Position numbers and translations under genes: made by a program. The notes under the pieces were generated by a model. The model did no database searches, was not told where the DNA came from, and saw only the letters and a list, made by a program, of their open reading frames with translations. 64,000 nt of DNA from Dehalococcoidia bacterium (lineage in GTDB: Bacteria; Chloroflexota; Dehalococcoidia; Lucifugimonadales; UBA3495), in the NCBI GenBank assembly GCA_965243185.1, contig OZ251531.1, positions 2,534,532 to 2,598,531 of the forward strand. Reading direction: 5' to 3'. Below are positions 16,839 to 27,090 of this stretch, one piece after another. The first letter of the stretch is position 1, and every line of letters starts with the position of its first letter.

Positions 16839-18023
16839 TCAGCGGATGCCGTAGCGTTCTTTCAAGGCCAGGATACGCTCTGCCGATTGGTAGATGCGTT
16901 CCTCGGTCAGGATGCCGGCGGCTACGGCTTGCAACAGGGCATCGCGAACTCGATAGACCCGCTGCAAGTCATAGTCGCCTTGCTGATTGGCGAGCAGGAT
17001 AATGTCAACGCCGGCTTGGACGGCGGCGATGGCTGCTTCCTCGGGGCCGTATTCGGCAATGATAGCCCCCATCTGCATATCGTCGGAGACCACTACGCCG
17101 GCAAAGCCCAATTCCCGCCGCAGCAAGCCGCTGATGATGGGCGGGGACAGGGTAGCCGGGCGGGCGGATGGGTCGAGGTGGCGGTTGACAATGTGGGCGG
17201 TCATCACCGCGCCGTCATAACCGCCGCTAATCAGCTCTTGGTAAGGCGCCAGTTCTGCCTCCCGGTTGTAGGTGGCGGTTACATCGGTAACGCCCAAGTG
17301 GGTATCGCCGGCGGCGCTGCCGTGGCCGGGGAAGTGTTTCAGAGTGGGGATAATCTGCCGCTGCCGCATCGCATTACTGAAGGCTTGGGCGTGGGCGGCC
17401 ACTACTGACGGGTCGGGGCTGAAAGAGCGTTCAATAGCGCCGATGGCCGGGCTTTCCGGGTTGACATTCACATCGACCACCGGGGCCAGGTTCCAGTTCA
17501 AGCCGGTTTCCTGCATTGCCGCCGCCAGTTGGCCGGCAATGGCGGCCGTTTCCGCCGCCGGGCCGTTGCCCATTTGCTGCGCCGTGGGGACTTTCAGAGT
17601 AAAACCGTACTTTTCCTTGAGGCGGTTGACATAGCCGCCCTCGGCGTCAATGGCGATAAAATAGGGGATGGCGGCTGGTTCCTGGAGTTGGGCGGTCAGG
17701 GCTTGCAGCTGCTCCCGGGAAGTGATGTTCCGTTCCAGTGCGCCGCCGCTGGGGCCGTCCCGGTCAAAGAGGATAAGGCCGCCGGGCTGAATATCCCGCA
17801 GCATTGCGGCGGTGGGTTCATCCAGAGTTGTACCGCGAAAGCCGACCAGCAGCATTTGCCCGACAGCTTGCTCCAAGGTCAGGGCGGCCGCTGCATCCCG
17901 GTTGTTGACCAGTTGGCAAGCCGGGGCCAGGGCTGCCAGCAGCAACAGCAGGGCAAGGCTGACCGCCGGCCTGGTAAGCCAAGGCCGGCGGCGAAATAAA
18001 CCGGTTGACGGCAAGACGGTCAA
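16839..18023 (-). CDS. Secreted glycoside hydrolase family 3 (beta-N-acetylhexosaminidase-like)
   Basis: A signal peptide (LALLLLLAALAPAC) is present, together with GQMLLVGFRG, IAIDAEGG, KHFPGHG and VVSDDMQMGAI. Confidence 0.85.
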   Translation of the reverse strand: MTVLPSTGLFRRRPWLTRPAVSLALLLLLAALAPACQLVNNRDAAAALTLEQAVGQMLLVGFRGTTLDEPTAAMLRDIQPGGLILFDRDGPSGGALERNITSREQLQALTAQLQEPAAIPYFIAIDAEGGYVNRLKEKYGFTLKVPTAQQMGNGPAAETAAIAGQLAAAMQETGLNWNLAPVVDVNVNPESPAIGAIERSFSPDPSVVAAHAQAFSNAMRQRQIIPTLKHFPGHGSAAGDTHLGVTDVTATYNREAELAPYQELISGGYDGAVMTAHIVNRHLDPSARPATLSPPIISGLLRRELGFAGVVVSDDMQMGAIIAEYGPEEAAIAAVQAGVDIILLANQQGDYDLQRVYRVRDALLQAVAAGILTEERIYQSAERILALKERYGIR

Positions 18024-18034
18024 AACTCAGCCCG

Positions 18035-18790
18035 CTATTCCGGGGGGCCAAAGAAGGGGTGTTCCATATACTGCCCCAAGCGCAGGGTTTCCAGGACATC
18101 CGACCAGGCCGTCGTGGCTTTATCGAAATCCTCCGGCCAGAAGTCCATAGTGATGAATGCCTGCACCCCGGAGCCGCGGGCCAAGGCGTAGCGGCCGAAA
18201 GCCGGCCGCCGGCCAAAGGGGTCAATGAACTCCATCTCCGACCAAACGATTTCCACGCCCGGCGGGCCCAGTTCCATCGGCAGGGGTATCCCCCGGTTGA
18301 GGACAGTTCCGCGATCCTCGATGCGGGCGTCGAGCTGTTCGGCCAAGGGCGGCTGCATTACATCGAAGGATTTGAGCAAGGCATCCTGCAAGTCGTCCTG
18401 GTTCAGCGGGCCCGTCCGGGCGGCGGCGGCCAGTTCGGTCAAGCGGGCGGCCAAATCCGGCTCCTGCTCGGCTACTTCCCCGGCCAGGGTTTCCAGATAT
18501 TCGGCGGCGGCCGCCGGGTCAGCGTCCTGGCCGGTGGACGACTCCAGGCGGGCGTTAAAGCGCAGGCAGGAAATTTCCAGCCGGATGTTGTCGTCCGGGG
18601 GTTCGCCGTCATAAATCCGAATTGACGGGGCGGTATCGCCGCTTTCCCGGTCGACGACCCAACCCTGGGGGATTTCGCAAATGACTTCCCCCCGGTTCAG
18701 GGCAATCACATTGTTGCCCGGCTTGGCTTTCCAGCGGTGGCGCGGGGGGAGCTTGAAAACCTGCCGGCGGAGCCGCCGCCGATTAGACAT
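18035..18790 (-). CDS. Hypothetical protein
   Basis: A 251-aa ORF with no recognisable motifs. It is overlapped by 8 nt by the upstream LLM gene and lies 11 nt upstream of the GH3 gene, which suggests one operon. Confidence 0.5.
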   Translation of the reverse strand: MSNRRRLRRQVFKLPPRHRWKAKPGNNVIALNRGEVICEIPQGWVVDRESGDTAPSIRIYDGEPPDDNIRLEISCLRFNARLESSTGQDADPAAAAEYLETLAGEVAEQEPDLAARLTELAAAARTGPLNQDDLQDALLKSFDVMQPPLAEQLDARIEDRGTVLNRGIPLPMELGPPGVEIVWSEMEFIDPFGRRPAFGRYALARGSGVQAFITMDFWPEDFDKATTAWSDVLETLRLGQYMEHPFFGPPE

Positions 18791-19970
18791 TGCCGTTCTC
18801 CTGCTGCCGAAAGCGGGGGATGACCGCTTTGCCGAACAGTTCGATGGAACTCATCACCTTTTCGTGGGGGATGGTTTCGGTCTGCATAATCATCATAACC
18901 TGGTCGACGCCGATGTCCTCATACATTTGCACGGCTTGGGCGCAGCTGTCCGGGTTGCCGGCGATGATGACGCCGCGGTCAGCCAGGGTGTTGGCGTCCA
19001 GTTGGGCGATGGCCGCCCGGGCCGCGCCGGGGCCGGCGTCCAGAGAAATGCCGGACTGCTCGGCTTGGGCCCGGTGGGCATCATCGGACTGCCGCAGCCA
19101 GCGGCCAAAGTCGGCTTGCAAGTGGTCGGGAACGCCGCCCCAGGCTTCCAGCAGTTCCTCGTAGGCGTTGATGCGGCCGGCAATGTAGGGCTTGTCCGGG
19201 CCGAAAAAGGTTTTCATCGACAGGGCCGCCAGTTCCCGGGCTTCGTCGTTGTCCGGGCCGCAATAGGCGTGGACATTGTTGCCCCAGAATTCGTTGACGA
19301 AAGCGCCTACCGGGTTGGCGTTGGCCAAGGCATCCCGATAGACCTTTACGTGTTCCGCCAGTACCGCCGTGGCGTAGGAGGCGGAGGACAATACGCCGAT
19401 GCCCTTTTCGGCGGCCAGTCGGAAACTTTCGGTCTGGGTGCAAGCCAGGTACATCCGGGGATGGGGTTTCTGGAAGGGTTTGGGCAGCACCCGCCGCTTG
19501 GGGACATTCCAGTGTTCGCCCTCCCAGGAAAACTCCTCGGACTGCCAGATTTGGGGCAGCATGGCGATGGATTCCTCCCACAGGGCGCGGGTGTTGCGGG
19601 GGTCGATGCCCAAGCCCATCTGTTCGTAGGCGTTGGAGCGGCCGGTGCCGAACTCGACCCGCCCGTCGGTCAGCTGGTCCACCAACGCGACCCGCTCGGC
19701 GACCCGGACGGGATGGTGGTAGGGCAGGATGCAGACGCCGTAGCCGATGCGGATGTTTTTGGTGATGCGGCTCAGCGCGCCAAAGAGGGCGTCCTGGCTG
19801 GGGGAGCCGGAGAAGCCGGTAAGGAAGTGGTGTTCCACGAACCAGACATTGTCGAAACCCACCTGGTCGGCCAGTTCGCACTGAGCCAAGGTTTCCTTGT
19901 AAAGGGAGTTCCAGTCAATAGCGGTGCCTTCGTAGGGACGCTGGGCCTCGAACAGCAAACCGAACTGCAT
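18783..19970 (-). CDS. LLM-class flavin-dependent oxidoreductase
   Basis: MQFGLLFEAQRP...DNVWFVEHHF...RVEFGTGRS are present. Confidence 0.8.
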   Translation of the reverse strand: MQFGLLFEAQRPYEGTAIDWNSLYKETLAQCELADQVGFDNVWFVEHHFLTGFSGSPSQDALFGALSRITKNIRIGYGVCILPYHHPVRVAERVALVDQLTDGRVEFGTGRSNAYEQMGLGIDPRNTRALWEESIAMLPQIWQSEEFSWEGEHWNVPKRRVLPKPFQKPHPRMYLACTQTESFRLAAEKGIGVLSSASYATAVLAEHVKVYRDALANANPVGAFVNEFWGNNVHAYCGPDNDEARELAALSMKTFFGPDKPYIAGRINAYEELLEAWGGVPDHLQADFGRWLRQSDDAHRAQAEQSGISLDAGPGAARAAIAQLDANTLADRGVIIAGNPDSCAQAVQMYEDIGVDQVMMIMQTETIPHEKVMSSIELFGKAVIPRFRQQENGNV

Positions 19971-20064
19971 AGGGCTGCCTCCTTTGCGGGGAGTTGGGGG
20001 TCGGGGAGTTGCGGGGGTATTATAGCATAATGGGGATAATGCCGGGGATGGCGCTGAAACTCAG

Positions 20065-20093
20065 TTGACTAGCCCGCCTTGCCCCCCTAATAT
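20065..20093 (+). promoter_or_regulatory. Sigma70-like promoter TTGACT-17-TAATAT
   Basis: ttgact (20065-20070), a 17-nt spacer, then taatat (20088-20093), 43 nt upstream of the ATG at 20137. Confidence 0.5.
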
Positions 20094-20136
20094 AGCAGTA
20101 GCATCAGCGTAAGTTGGCAAAGCACTGGGGGAAAAT

Positions 20137-20919
20137 ATGGCCTTGACGGGATACGACCCCCGCGCCCTCCAAGTCGCTCGGGAACTGCATCAAAGCGAAC
20201 AGCCGGAGCTTACCATCCTGTTCGGCTCCCGGGCCCGCGGCGACTACCGGGACGGGGTTTCCGACATCGACATAATGGTGGTGCAGCCGGAAAACCCGCC
20301 TTGGGAGCATCAAACTTCGACGGAGCAAGCGGCAACGGACGCGGCGGAACTGCTCTGCGGCTATCCCGCGCCCGTGCATATAATCTGGAAAACCTCCGCA
20401 GAGTTCCACCGGATGCGGCGCAGCATTAACGACGTAGTCGCCAACGCCCTGCGCGATGGAGTTATTATGCCCCCGGAACTGGAAGCAAACTACCGGAATC
20501 AGGACGATGACGATTATTCCTACGAATGGAGCGTCACCGACGAGCGCGTCCGCCACGCCGAAATGCACATTACCGCCTTTAACCTGATGGTTGAAAACGG
20601 TATGCACGACGACCTGCTTGGGCAGCACGCCCACTCGGCGCTGGAACACGCCCTCAAAGCCCTGATTTCGGCCCGGGGACGGGGCTACCAGCACATCCAT
20701 AACATTCACCTGCTCACCCGGGACGCGCTGGCGGCCGACCCGGCCTTTCCGTTTGCCCCAGGCATCGACGGCGGCATTTATAACCAGTACGCCGGGCGGG
20801 ACGAATACAAGCGCACCGAAAACCCCATATCCCACATCCCCGGCTACCGGGAAATAGTCAACGCCGATGTACGGGCCATCCTGAACCGGGTGCAGGAAAT
20901 CCGGGAACTAGCGGGCTGA
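20137..20919 (+). CDS. Fused nucleotidyltransferase (MNT) and HEPN domain protein
   Basis: LTILFGSRARGDYRDGVSDIDIMVV (GS-x10-DxD NTase motif) is N-terminal. The C-terminal helical domain carries HSALEHALKALISARGRGYQHIHNIHLL (HEPN-like R-x-H). Confidence 0.7.
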   Translation: MALTGYDPRALQVARELHQSEQPELTILFGSRARGDYRDGVSDIDIMVVQPENPPWEHQTSTEQAATDAAELLCGYPAPVHIIWKTSAEFHRMRRSINDVVANALRDGVIMPPELEANYRNQDDDDYSYEWSVTDERVRHAEMHITAFNLMVENGMHDDLLGQHAHSALEHALKALISARGRGYQHIHNIHLLTRDALAADPAFPFAPGIDGGIYNQYAGRDEYKRTENPISHIPGYREIVNADVRAILNRVQEIRELAG

Positions 20920-21059
20920 CCCCGCTGTCGCCGGAAAAGCCCGATATTCCCCTATTGACAACCCCCGCGTCATCCGCTAATAATTGTTGCCGCATTGCCC
21001 CGGTTATTCGGGGCGGGCAGCTGTTGCCCTTTCCCGACTTGCTTTCAGGAGTAAGGAAT

Positions 21060-22451
21060 ATGGCTGAAAACATTGCCTTGATGGCCCATTTGGTGCGGCG
21101 GGCCGGTTTCGGCGCCACCCGGGAGGAACTGGAGGAACGGGCGGCCCGGGGCTACGCCGCCACTGTCGAGGAACTGCTGAACCCGGAAAGCGTCAGCGGC
21201 GCCGACCGCTACGAATTCCTGCGCTACCATCCCTCTTTGTGGAAACCCATTACTTCCCCCGGAATGGGGGCCTCGGCTTGGCTCCACGCTATGCTTAACA
21301 CGGAGCGGGTGCTGGAGGAGAAAATGGTTCTCTTTTGGCATCAGGTTTTCGCCACCGGCGGCTCCAAGCTGGACCACTGGCACGAAATGGTCAGCCAGAT
21401 TGACCTGTTCCGCCGCTGCGGAATGGGCAACTACCGGGATTTGCTGGTGGAACTGGCGAAAAACCCGGCGATGATTTTCTGGCTGGACAACTGCGACAAC
21501 CACGCCGACGCGGTCAACGAAAACTGGGGGCGGGAACTGCTGGAACTGTTCAGTATGGGCGTGGGCAACTATACCGAGGCGGATGTGCGGGAATGTTCCC
21601 GGGCCTTTACCGGCTGGACTATCGCCGCCTCCATCCCCCGCAACGCCCACGGCCGCTACGATTGGGAATTCGAGTATCTGCCCGAGGATCACGACGAAGG
21701 CGAAAAGAATTTCCTGGGCCACACCGGCAACTTTAACGGCGCGGACATCATCGACATCCTTTGCGCCCAGCCGGCTACGGCCCGGTTCGTCGCCCGCCAT
21801 CTCTACAACTTCTTTGTGGCGGATGAGCCGCAGGTGCCGGCGTGGTCGGTAACGCCGCCGCGGGATCCGGCAGCCATTGACTTGTTGGCGCAGACCTTTG
21901 TCGATTCCGGCTATGAAATGCGCCCGGTCTTGCGGGTTTTGTTCAATTCGGACTTTTTCAAGGAAGCCCGCTTTGCCAAAATCAAAAGCCCGGCCGAGGT
22001 ACTGGTGGGTACTTTGCGCTTGGTCGGCGGCTACCGCTTTCCCGCGCCCGGCATCGGCAATCTGTCCAAGGAAGCTGGCTATATGGGGCAGGAACTGCTG
22101 AACCCGCCCAGCGTCGAGGGTTGGCACACCGGGGCCGAGTGGATTAACAGCGGCACCCTGATGAAGCGCATTAACTTTTCCGCCGACCAAGTGGGCAACA
22201 CCGCCAAGCCCGGCATCCAAGCTATCATTGGCCGCCTGCAAGCCGGCGGCGATTTGTCCCCGGAGCAGTTGGTGGACGGCTGCATTGACCTGCTCGGCCC
22301 GCTGCAAGTGGATCAGGACAACCGGCAGCAACTGGTCAACCACGCCCGGGAGTCCGGGGATTTGACTTGGGCTGACCCGGATACCGCAGCGGCCCGGGTC
22401 GGCGAAACCCTGCAACTGGTGGTATCCCTGCGGGAATATCAGTACGCTTAA
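21060..22451 (+). CDS. DUF1800 family protein
   Basis: An ATG at 21060 follows an AGGAG RBS. MAHLVRRAGFGATREELE, FWHQVFAT and NENWGRELLELFSMGVGNYTE are typical DUF1800 strings. Confidence 0.8.
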   Translation: MAENIALMAHLVRRAGFGATREELEERAARGYAATVEELLNPESVSGADRYEFLRYHPSLWKPITSPGMGASAWLHAMLNTERVLEEKMVLFWHQVFATGGSKLDHWHEMVSQIDLFRRCGMGNYRDLLVELAKNPAMIFWLDNCDNHADAVNENWGRELLELFSMGVGNYTEADVRECSRAFTGWTIAASIPRNAHGRYDWEFEYLPEDHDEGEKNFLGHTGNFNGADIIDILCAQPATARFVARHLYNFFVADEPQVPAWSVTPPRDPAAIDLLAQTFVDSGYEMRPVLRVLFNSDFFKEARFAKIKSPAEVLVGTLRLVGGYRFPAPGIGNLSKEAGYMGQELLNPPSVEGWHTGAEWINSGTLMKRINFSADQVGNTAKPGIQAIIGRLQAGGDLSPEQLVDGCIDLLGPLQVDQDNRQQLVNHARESGDLTWADPDTAAARVGETLQLVVSLREYQYA

Positions 22452-22516
22452 CTTGGCAAGCTCCGGTCGCAATCGGTATAATTCCCTTACGCTAAACCCG
22501 GTTAAGGAGACAAGCT

Positions 22517-23644
22517 ATGACCAGCAACAAGAAAGACCCGGTACTGGTGGTGTTGCAGCTGTCCGGCGGCAACGACTACCTGAACACCGTCATTCCCTAC
22601 ACCGACCCCCTCTATCGGGACAACCGGCCGGCGGTCGGCATTGCCGACGCGGAAATGCTCCGGGTCAACGACGAACTGGCCTTTCACCCCAGTATGCGGG
22701 TGCTGCAGGAGCTGTACGACCAGGGCAACCTGGCGGTCGTTCACGGCGTTGGCTATCCCGACTCCCCCCGCTCCCACTTCCGCTCCATGGACATCTGGCA
22801 CACCTGCGAGCCGGATACGCTAGGCACTGAGGGCTGGCTGGGCTTGGCGACCCGGGAAATCGACCCCCGCAAGGAAAATGTCGTTACCACCGTCAGTATG
22901 GGCCCCAGTATGTTCCGGGCGGTATCGGTGGCCGGCGTTCCCGTGGCCGCTGTGGACAGTTTGGACAGCTACGGCTTGCTCACCGGCATTGCCAACCAGG
23001 AGCAGCGGCTCAAGATTCTGGACCGCTTTACCCAGATGTATACCCCCACCATCGGCTCCGGTATGGTAATGGAATACTTGGGAGAGACCGGCTTGGAAGC
23101 GATGAAAGGCGCGGACATTCTGAAAGTTGCGCCGGGGATGTATTCCTCCACGGTGGAATACGCCGACACGCCCATTGCCCGCAAGCTCAAGGACATTGCC
23201 CGCATCCATTTGGCGGACTTGGGGACGCGGATTTTCTACTGCGACCACGGCAGCTTTGACAGCCACGCCAACCAGTTGGGGATGCACGCCAACCTGTGGA
23301 CGGATGTATCGGCGGCCGTCGGCGATTTCTTTGCCGACCTGAAGGAACACGATGCCGCCGACAATGTGATTATGCTGCTCTTTTCCGAGTTCGGCCGCCG
23401 GGTGCATGACAACGGCTCCGGCACCGATCACGGGGCCGCCGGGGCCGCCTTTATCCTCGGGGAGCCGGTGCAGGGCGGGTTCTACGGGGAATATCCCTCC
23501 CGCAAAGCCGAGGATTTGCAGCAGGGCGATTTGGTGCCGAACCTGGACTTCCGCGGCCTTTACGGCACTATCCTTGAGGACTGGCTGGGACTGGATGCCA
23601 AGCCCATCGTCAAGGGTCAGTTCGAGCAGCCCAAGTTTCTTTAG
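22517..23644 (+). CDS. DUF1501 family (sulfatase-like) protein
   Basis: VLVVLQLSGGNDYLNTVIPY, HGVGYPDSPRSHFRSMDIW, FDSHANQ and SEFGRRVHDNGSGTDHG are present. This is the classic partner of DUF1800. Confidence 0.8.
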   Translation: MTSNKKDPVLVVLQLSGGNDYLNTVIPYTDPLYRDNRPAVGIADAEMLRVNDELAFHPSMRVLQELYDQGNLAVVHGVGYPDSPRSHFRSMDIWHTCEPDTLGTEGWLGLATREIDPRKENVVTTVSMGPSMFRAVSVAGVPVAAVDSLDSYGLLTGIANQEQRLKILDRFTQMYTPTIGSGMVMEYLGETGLEAMKGADILKVAPGMYSSTVEYADTPIARKLKDIARIHLADLGTRIFYCDHGSFDSHANQLGMHANLWTDVSAAVGDFFADLKEHDAADNVIMLLFSEFGRRVHDNGSGTDHGAAGAAFILGEPVQGGFYGEYPSRKAEDLQQGDLVPNLDFRGLYGTILEDWLGLDAKPIVKGQFEQPKFL

Positions 23645-23752
23645 GCAACTTGCCGCCGGGTAAATCAGTGCCGGGCTAGCGCCTTATTCGGGGTGGCTGG
23701 CCCGGTGTTTTAGCAATTCCCGAATCAGCGTTGAACCGGTAGAGGTAGCAAT

Positions 23753-24802
23753 ATGGTAACGCGGACAGTAGCCGGCCGAACCTACGATTTCAGCCACGCT
23801 ATGGGCCGGGGGGCGGCCTCCGGGATGGGTTTCAGTTCCGCCAACGCCCTGGCTCTGGCCGCCGACAATGCGGTGTTTGTCCTGAACCGGGGCGGCGAAG
23901 CCGTTACCGCCGTCCCCTGGAACCGTACCGCCCGGGGCGCGCGGGTCAGCATCGTCCAGATTGGCAGGCAAGCCGGCGATGAGGAGTTTATCGACGAATT
24001 CGGGCGCAGCGGCGACGCCGATGGCGAATTCATCTGGCCCACCGGCATTGCCCTGGATTACCAAGACCGGGTTTATGTCACCGACGAATGGTTAAACCGG
24101 GTCTGCGTCTTTGACCGGGCCGGCAATCTGCTGCGGCAATGGGGCAACGCCGGCAGCAGGGACGGTGAACTCGACGGCCCCTCCGGGATTAGCTGCGACT
24201 CAGAGGATAACCTTTACCTCGTGGACAGCCGCAACTGCCGGGTCCAACAGTTCACCGTTGACGGGCAGTTTATCCGCAAGTTCGGCGGCCCTGGCAGCGG
24301 CAACGGTCAGTTCAGCGCCCCTTGGGGCATTACCCAAGACGCGGACGGCTGCCTCTATGTAGCTGACTGCAAGAACCACCGGGTACAGAAGTTCACCGCC
24401 GCCGGGGAATATCTGGCGCAATTCGGCAGCTACGGCAGCGGCCGGGGCGAACTGAACCATCCTTCGGATGTGGCGGTGGACGCCGATGGCGATGTCTATG
24501 TCTGCGATTGGGGCAATGACCGGGTGCAGGCGTATGACGCCGCCGGCAAGTTTTTGACCAGCTTTGTGGGGGATGCCCGCCAACTGACTACTTGGTCGCA
24601 GATGATTGTCCAGACCAACCCGGAGGCAATGAAACGGCGGCGGGAAGTCAAGGATTTTCAAGCTGAATGGAAACTGCGGATGCCCCGCGGCGTTGCCTTT
24701 GACCACGCCAACAACCGCTTGCTCATTCTGGATACCCAGCGCAGCCGCATCCAGATTTACAACAAGCTGAGCGGCTACGCCTCGCCGGCCCGCAACTTGT
24801 AA
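23753..24802 (+). CDS. NHL-repeat beta-propeller protein
   Basis: Repeated units of the form G.G.G.F..P.G.a.D..g..YV.D..N.RVQ are present (for example GSGNGQFSAPWGITQDADGCLYVADCKNHRVQKF). Confidence 0.8.
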   Translation: MVTRTVAGRTYDFSHAMGRGAASGMGFSSANALALAADNAVFVLNRGGEAVTAVPWNRTARGARVSIVQIGRQAGDEEFIDEFGRSGDADGEFIWPTGIALDYQDRVYVTDEWLNRVCVFDRAGNLLRQWGNAGSRDGELDGPSGISCDSEDNLYLVDSRNCRVQQFTVDGQFIRKFGGPGSGNGQFSAPWGITQDADGCLYVADCKNHRVQKFTAAGEYLAQFGSYGSGRGELNHPSDVAVDADGDVYVCDWGNDRVQAYDAAGKFLTSFVGDARQLTTWSQMIVQTNPEAMKRRREVKDFQAEWKLRMPRGVAFDHANNRLLILDTQRSRIQIYNKLSGYASPARNL

Positions 24803-24839
24803 GGCCGCGTTATCGGCTATCCCAATGGGGTAAAGAATA

Positions 24840-24867
24840 GGGGCGGGTTGCTGTAACCCGCCCCTTT
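24840..24867. terminator. Bidirectional hairpin terminator between convergent genes
   Basis: ggggcgggtt-gctgt-aacccgcccc is followed by ttt and preceded by aaagaata. Confidence 0.6.
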
Positions 24868-24892
24868 GGATTCGCCTTTTCCGGAACCGCCG

Positions 24893-25231
24893 CTAATCCT
24901 CCAGGTGAATGGTAACGGTAACCCGGGGCGTGTCGCTGACTACGGCGGTGGTATGGCCGTCGCCGGTGGTATCCTCGGCCAGGTTCACATCCCCGGGGCC
25001 GAGGCGGTACTTGGTACCGTCCCGCAAGCCGATTTCCCCCTCGCCGGCCAGGGTAATGACATACTGGCGGCGCGGCGCCACGTGCCAGTCGCTGAACCGC
25101 CCCACTTCAGCGGCCCGAAACACCACGCCTTTAGCCCCGTGCAAATCGGTGAAATCCGGGCGGGATTCCCAATCCAGTTCCTCAATGTGGGAATGGCCGT
25201 CATCCCCGGTATAAAGTCGGATAAACTTCAT
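24893..25231 (-). CDS. Cupin-domain protein
   Basis: A 112-aa protein. GDDGHSH...WHVAPRRQYVITLAGEGEIGLRDG...GPGDVNLAEDTTGDGH is a cupin beta-barrel pattern. Confidence 0.65.
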   Translation of the reverse strand: MKFIRLYTGDDGHSHIEELDWESRPDFTDLHGAKGVVFRAAEVGRFSDWHVAPRRQYVITLAGEGEIGLRDGTKYRLGPGDVNLAEDTTGDGHTTAVVSDTPRVTVTIHLED

Positions 25232-25447
25232 CAGTCCACCTCCGAAAGTTTCCGGTTAAAGCCGGGCTATTCTAACACCATTTCCGGGGGTGTACCAATT
25301 AAATCGTGACGGGCGGGGGACGCCGACGGTTGCAATTGCCGGGTTTCTGTGGCAAGGTTAGGGCGGCGGATGCGGCGGAAAGGGTGGCTTGGCGGTTAAG
25401 GCGGGGCGGGTTGCTTTAAGGCGGGCGGGCCGGAGAGGTTGGTTGGT

Positions 25448-26956
25448 ATGTGGACTAAAGAGGATTTGCAACGGCTGGTGCAGCGGCAGATTGGCGATTA
25501 CCGGCTGGTTATCGTTTCCAACCGCCAGCCGTATATCCATACCCTGGTGGAGGGGCAGCCGCAATCCATTATGCCGGCCGGGGGGCTGACCAGCGCGCTG
25601 GATCCGCTGATGCAGGCGTGCGGCGGGACCTGGATTGCCTATGGGGGCGGCAGCGGCGATCGCTATGTAGTGGATTGGGATGACCGGGTGATGGTGCCGC
25701 CGGAGGATCCGGCTTACGCCCTGCGGCTGGTCTGGCTGACGGAGCAGGAGGAGCAGGGGTATTATTACGGCTTTTCCAATGAAGCCCTGTGGCCGCTGTG
25801 CCATAACGCCTATACGGAGCCGATTTTTGACTGGCGGGATTGGCAGACTTATCAGGCGGTCAACCGCAAGTTCGCCGATATGGTACTGGATGAAATCGGG
25901 GGGCGGCCGGCCATTGTGCTGACCCAGGATTATCATTTGGCATTGCTGCCGCAATACATCCGCAACGCGGCCCCGGACATCATTACCGGGCAGTTCTGGC
26001 ATATTCCCTGGCCGCATCCGGAGATTTTCCGCATTTGTCCCTGGCAGGGGGAGTTGGTAGCGGGACTGTTGGGGAATAACCTGCTGGGGTTTCATATCGG
26101 CGATCATTGCAGCAACTTTATGGAGACGGCGGCGCGGACGCTGCCGCTGGAAGTGGACGCGGAGTATAACCGCATTGAGTATCAAGGGGAGACGACGCTG
26201 GTGCGGCCCTTTCCGATCAGCATTGACTTTGACGACCTGTGCCGGTTTGCGGAGAGCGGGGAAGTGGCGGCGGAGATGGAGCGGCTGCAAGGGGAGTGGG
26301 GGCTGGAGGGCAAGCTGATCGGGTTGGGGATTGACCGGGTGGACTATACCAAGGGTATCCCGCATCGGTTCCGGGCGATTGGGCGGTTTCTGGAGAAGTA
26401 CCCGGAGTATCTGGGCAAGGTGGTTTTTGTGCAGGCGGGGGTGTTGAGTCGCAGCGATATTGACGCCTATCAGCAGCTGGCGGCGCAGATTGACGGGCTG
26501 CTGGATGACATCAACAGCCGGTTTGCCCGGGACGGCTGGCAGCCGATTATTTATATGCCGGACGATTTGCCGGCGGTGACTTTGATGGCATTGCGCCGTT
26601 TGGCCCGGTTCTGCATTGTCAGTTCGCTGCACGACGGGATGAACCTGGTAGCCAAGGAGTTTGTGGCCAGCCGCTTTGACAATGACGGGGTGCTAATCCT
26701 CAGTCCTTTTACCGGGGCGGCTCTGGAGTTGACGCAGTCGCTGATTGTCAATCCTTACGCTACGGAGGATCTGGCGGAGGCGATCCGGGAGGCGGTGACG
26801 ATGCCGGCGGCGGAACGGGCTTATCGGATGGCGCAGATGCGGGCGACGGTGCGAGAGAATAACATTTACAAGTGGGCGGCGCGGCTGCTGGTGGAGTTAA
26901 TCCAGTGCGCCCGGCGTTCCACCTCGGGACTGGCGCAATTGGCCGGGGTTCGTTAG
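25448..26956 (+). CDS. otsA: Trehalose-6-phosphate synthase (GT20)
   Basis: LVIVSNRQPY, GGLTSAL, FSNEALWPLCH, QDYHLALLP, IGLGIDRVDYTKGI and LHDGMNLVAKEF are present. The ATG at 25448 lies 10 nt after GGAGAGG. Confidence 0.9.
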   Translation: MWTKEDLQRLVQRQIGDYRLVIVSNRQPYIHTLVEGQPQSIMPAGGLTSALDPLMQACGGTWIAYGGGSGDRYVVDWDDRVMVPPEDPAYALRLVWLTEQEEQGYYYGFSNEALWPLCHNAYTEPIFDWRDWQTYQAVNRKFADMVLDEIGGRPAIVLTQDYHLALLPQYIRNAAPDIITGQFWHIPWPHPEIFRICPWQGELVAGLLGNNLLGFHIGDHCSNFMETAARTLPLEVDAEYNRIEYQGETTLVRPFPISIDFDDLCRFAESGEVAAEMERLQGEWGLEGKLIGLGIDRVDYTKGIPHRFRAIGRFLEKYPEYLGKVVFVQAGVLSRSDIDAYQQLAAQIDGLLDDINSRFARDGWQPIIYMPDDLPAVTLMALRRLARFCIVSSLHDGMNLVAKEFVASRFDNDGVLILSPFTGAALELTQSLIVNPYATEDLAEAIREAVTMPAAERAYRMAQMRATVRENNIYKWAARLLVELIQCARRSTSGLAQLAGVR

Positions 26957-27020
26957 CCGGGCCGAGCTGTCCGCATAGCGCCAACCGTCCGCCAAGGGCA
27001 AGGCGGTCACATATAGAAAC

Positions 27021-27090
27021 CGTCATTCCCGTGAAAACGGGAATCCAGAGTCCCCGGCCTTTCTGGATTCCCACTTTCGTGGGAATGACG
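27021..27090. repeat. Complete family-B palindromic element (MITE-like) in the otsA-otsB spacer
   Basis: The sequence is cgtcattcccgtgaaaacgggaatccagagtccccggcctttctggattcccactttcgtgggaatgacg. Its two halves equal the sequences flanking both IS30 copies. Confidence 0.8.

Noticed and set aside
25358-26632. Long ORFs antisense to well-supported genes. Examples are 25358-26632(-), 21045-22472(-), 15738-16790(-), 18681-20030(+), 48914-50335(-), 50624-51619(-), 57466-58917(+), 3064-4059(-) and 63126-63863(-).
   Set aside because: Each overlaps a gene with clear family motifs on the other strand. Their translations are Arg/Pro/Gly/Ala-rich low-complexity strings, typical of shadow ORFs in high-GC DNA. 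No RBS or motif support was found.
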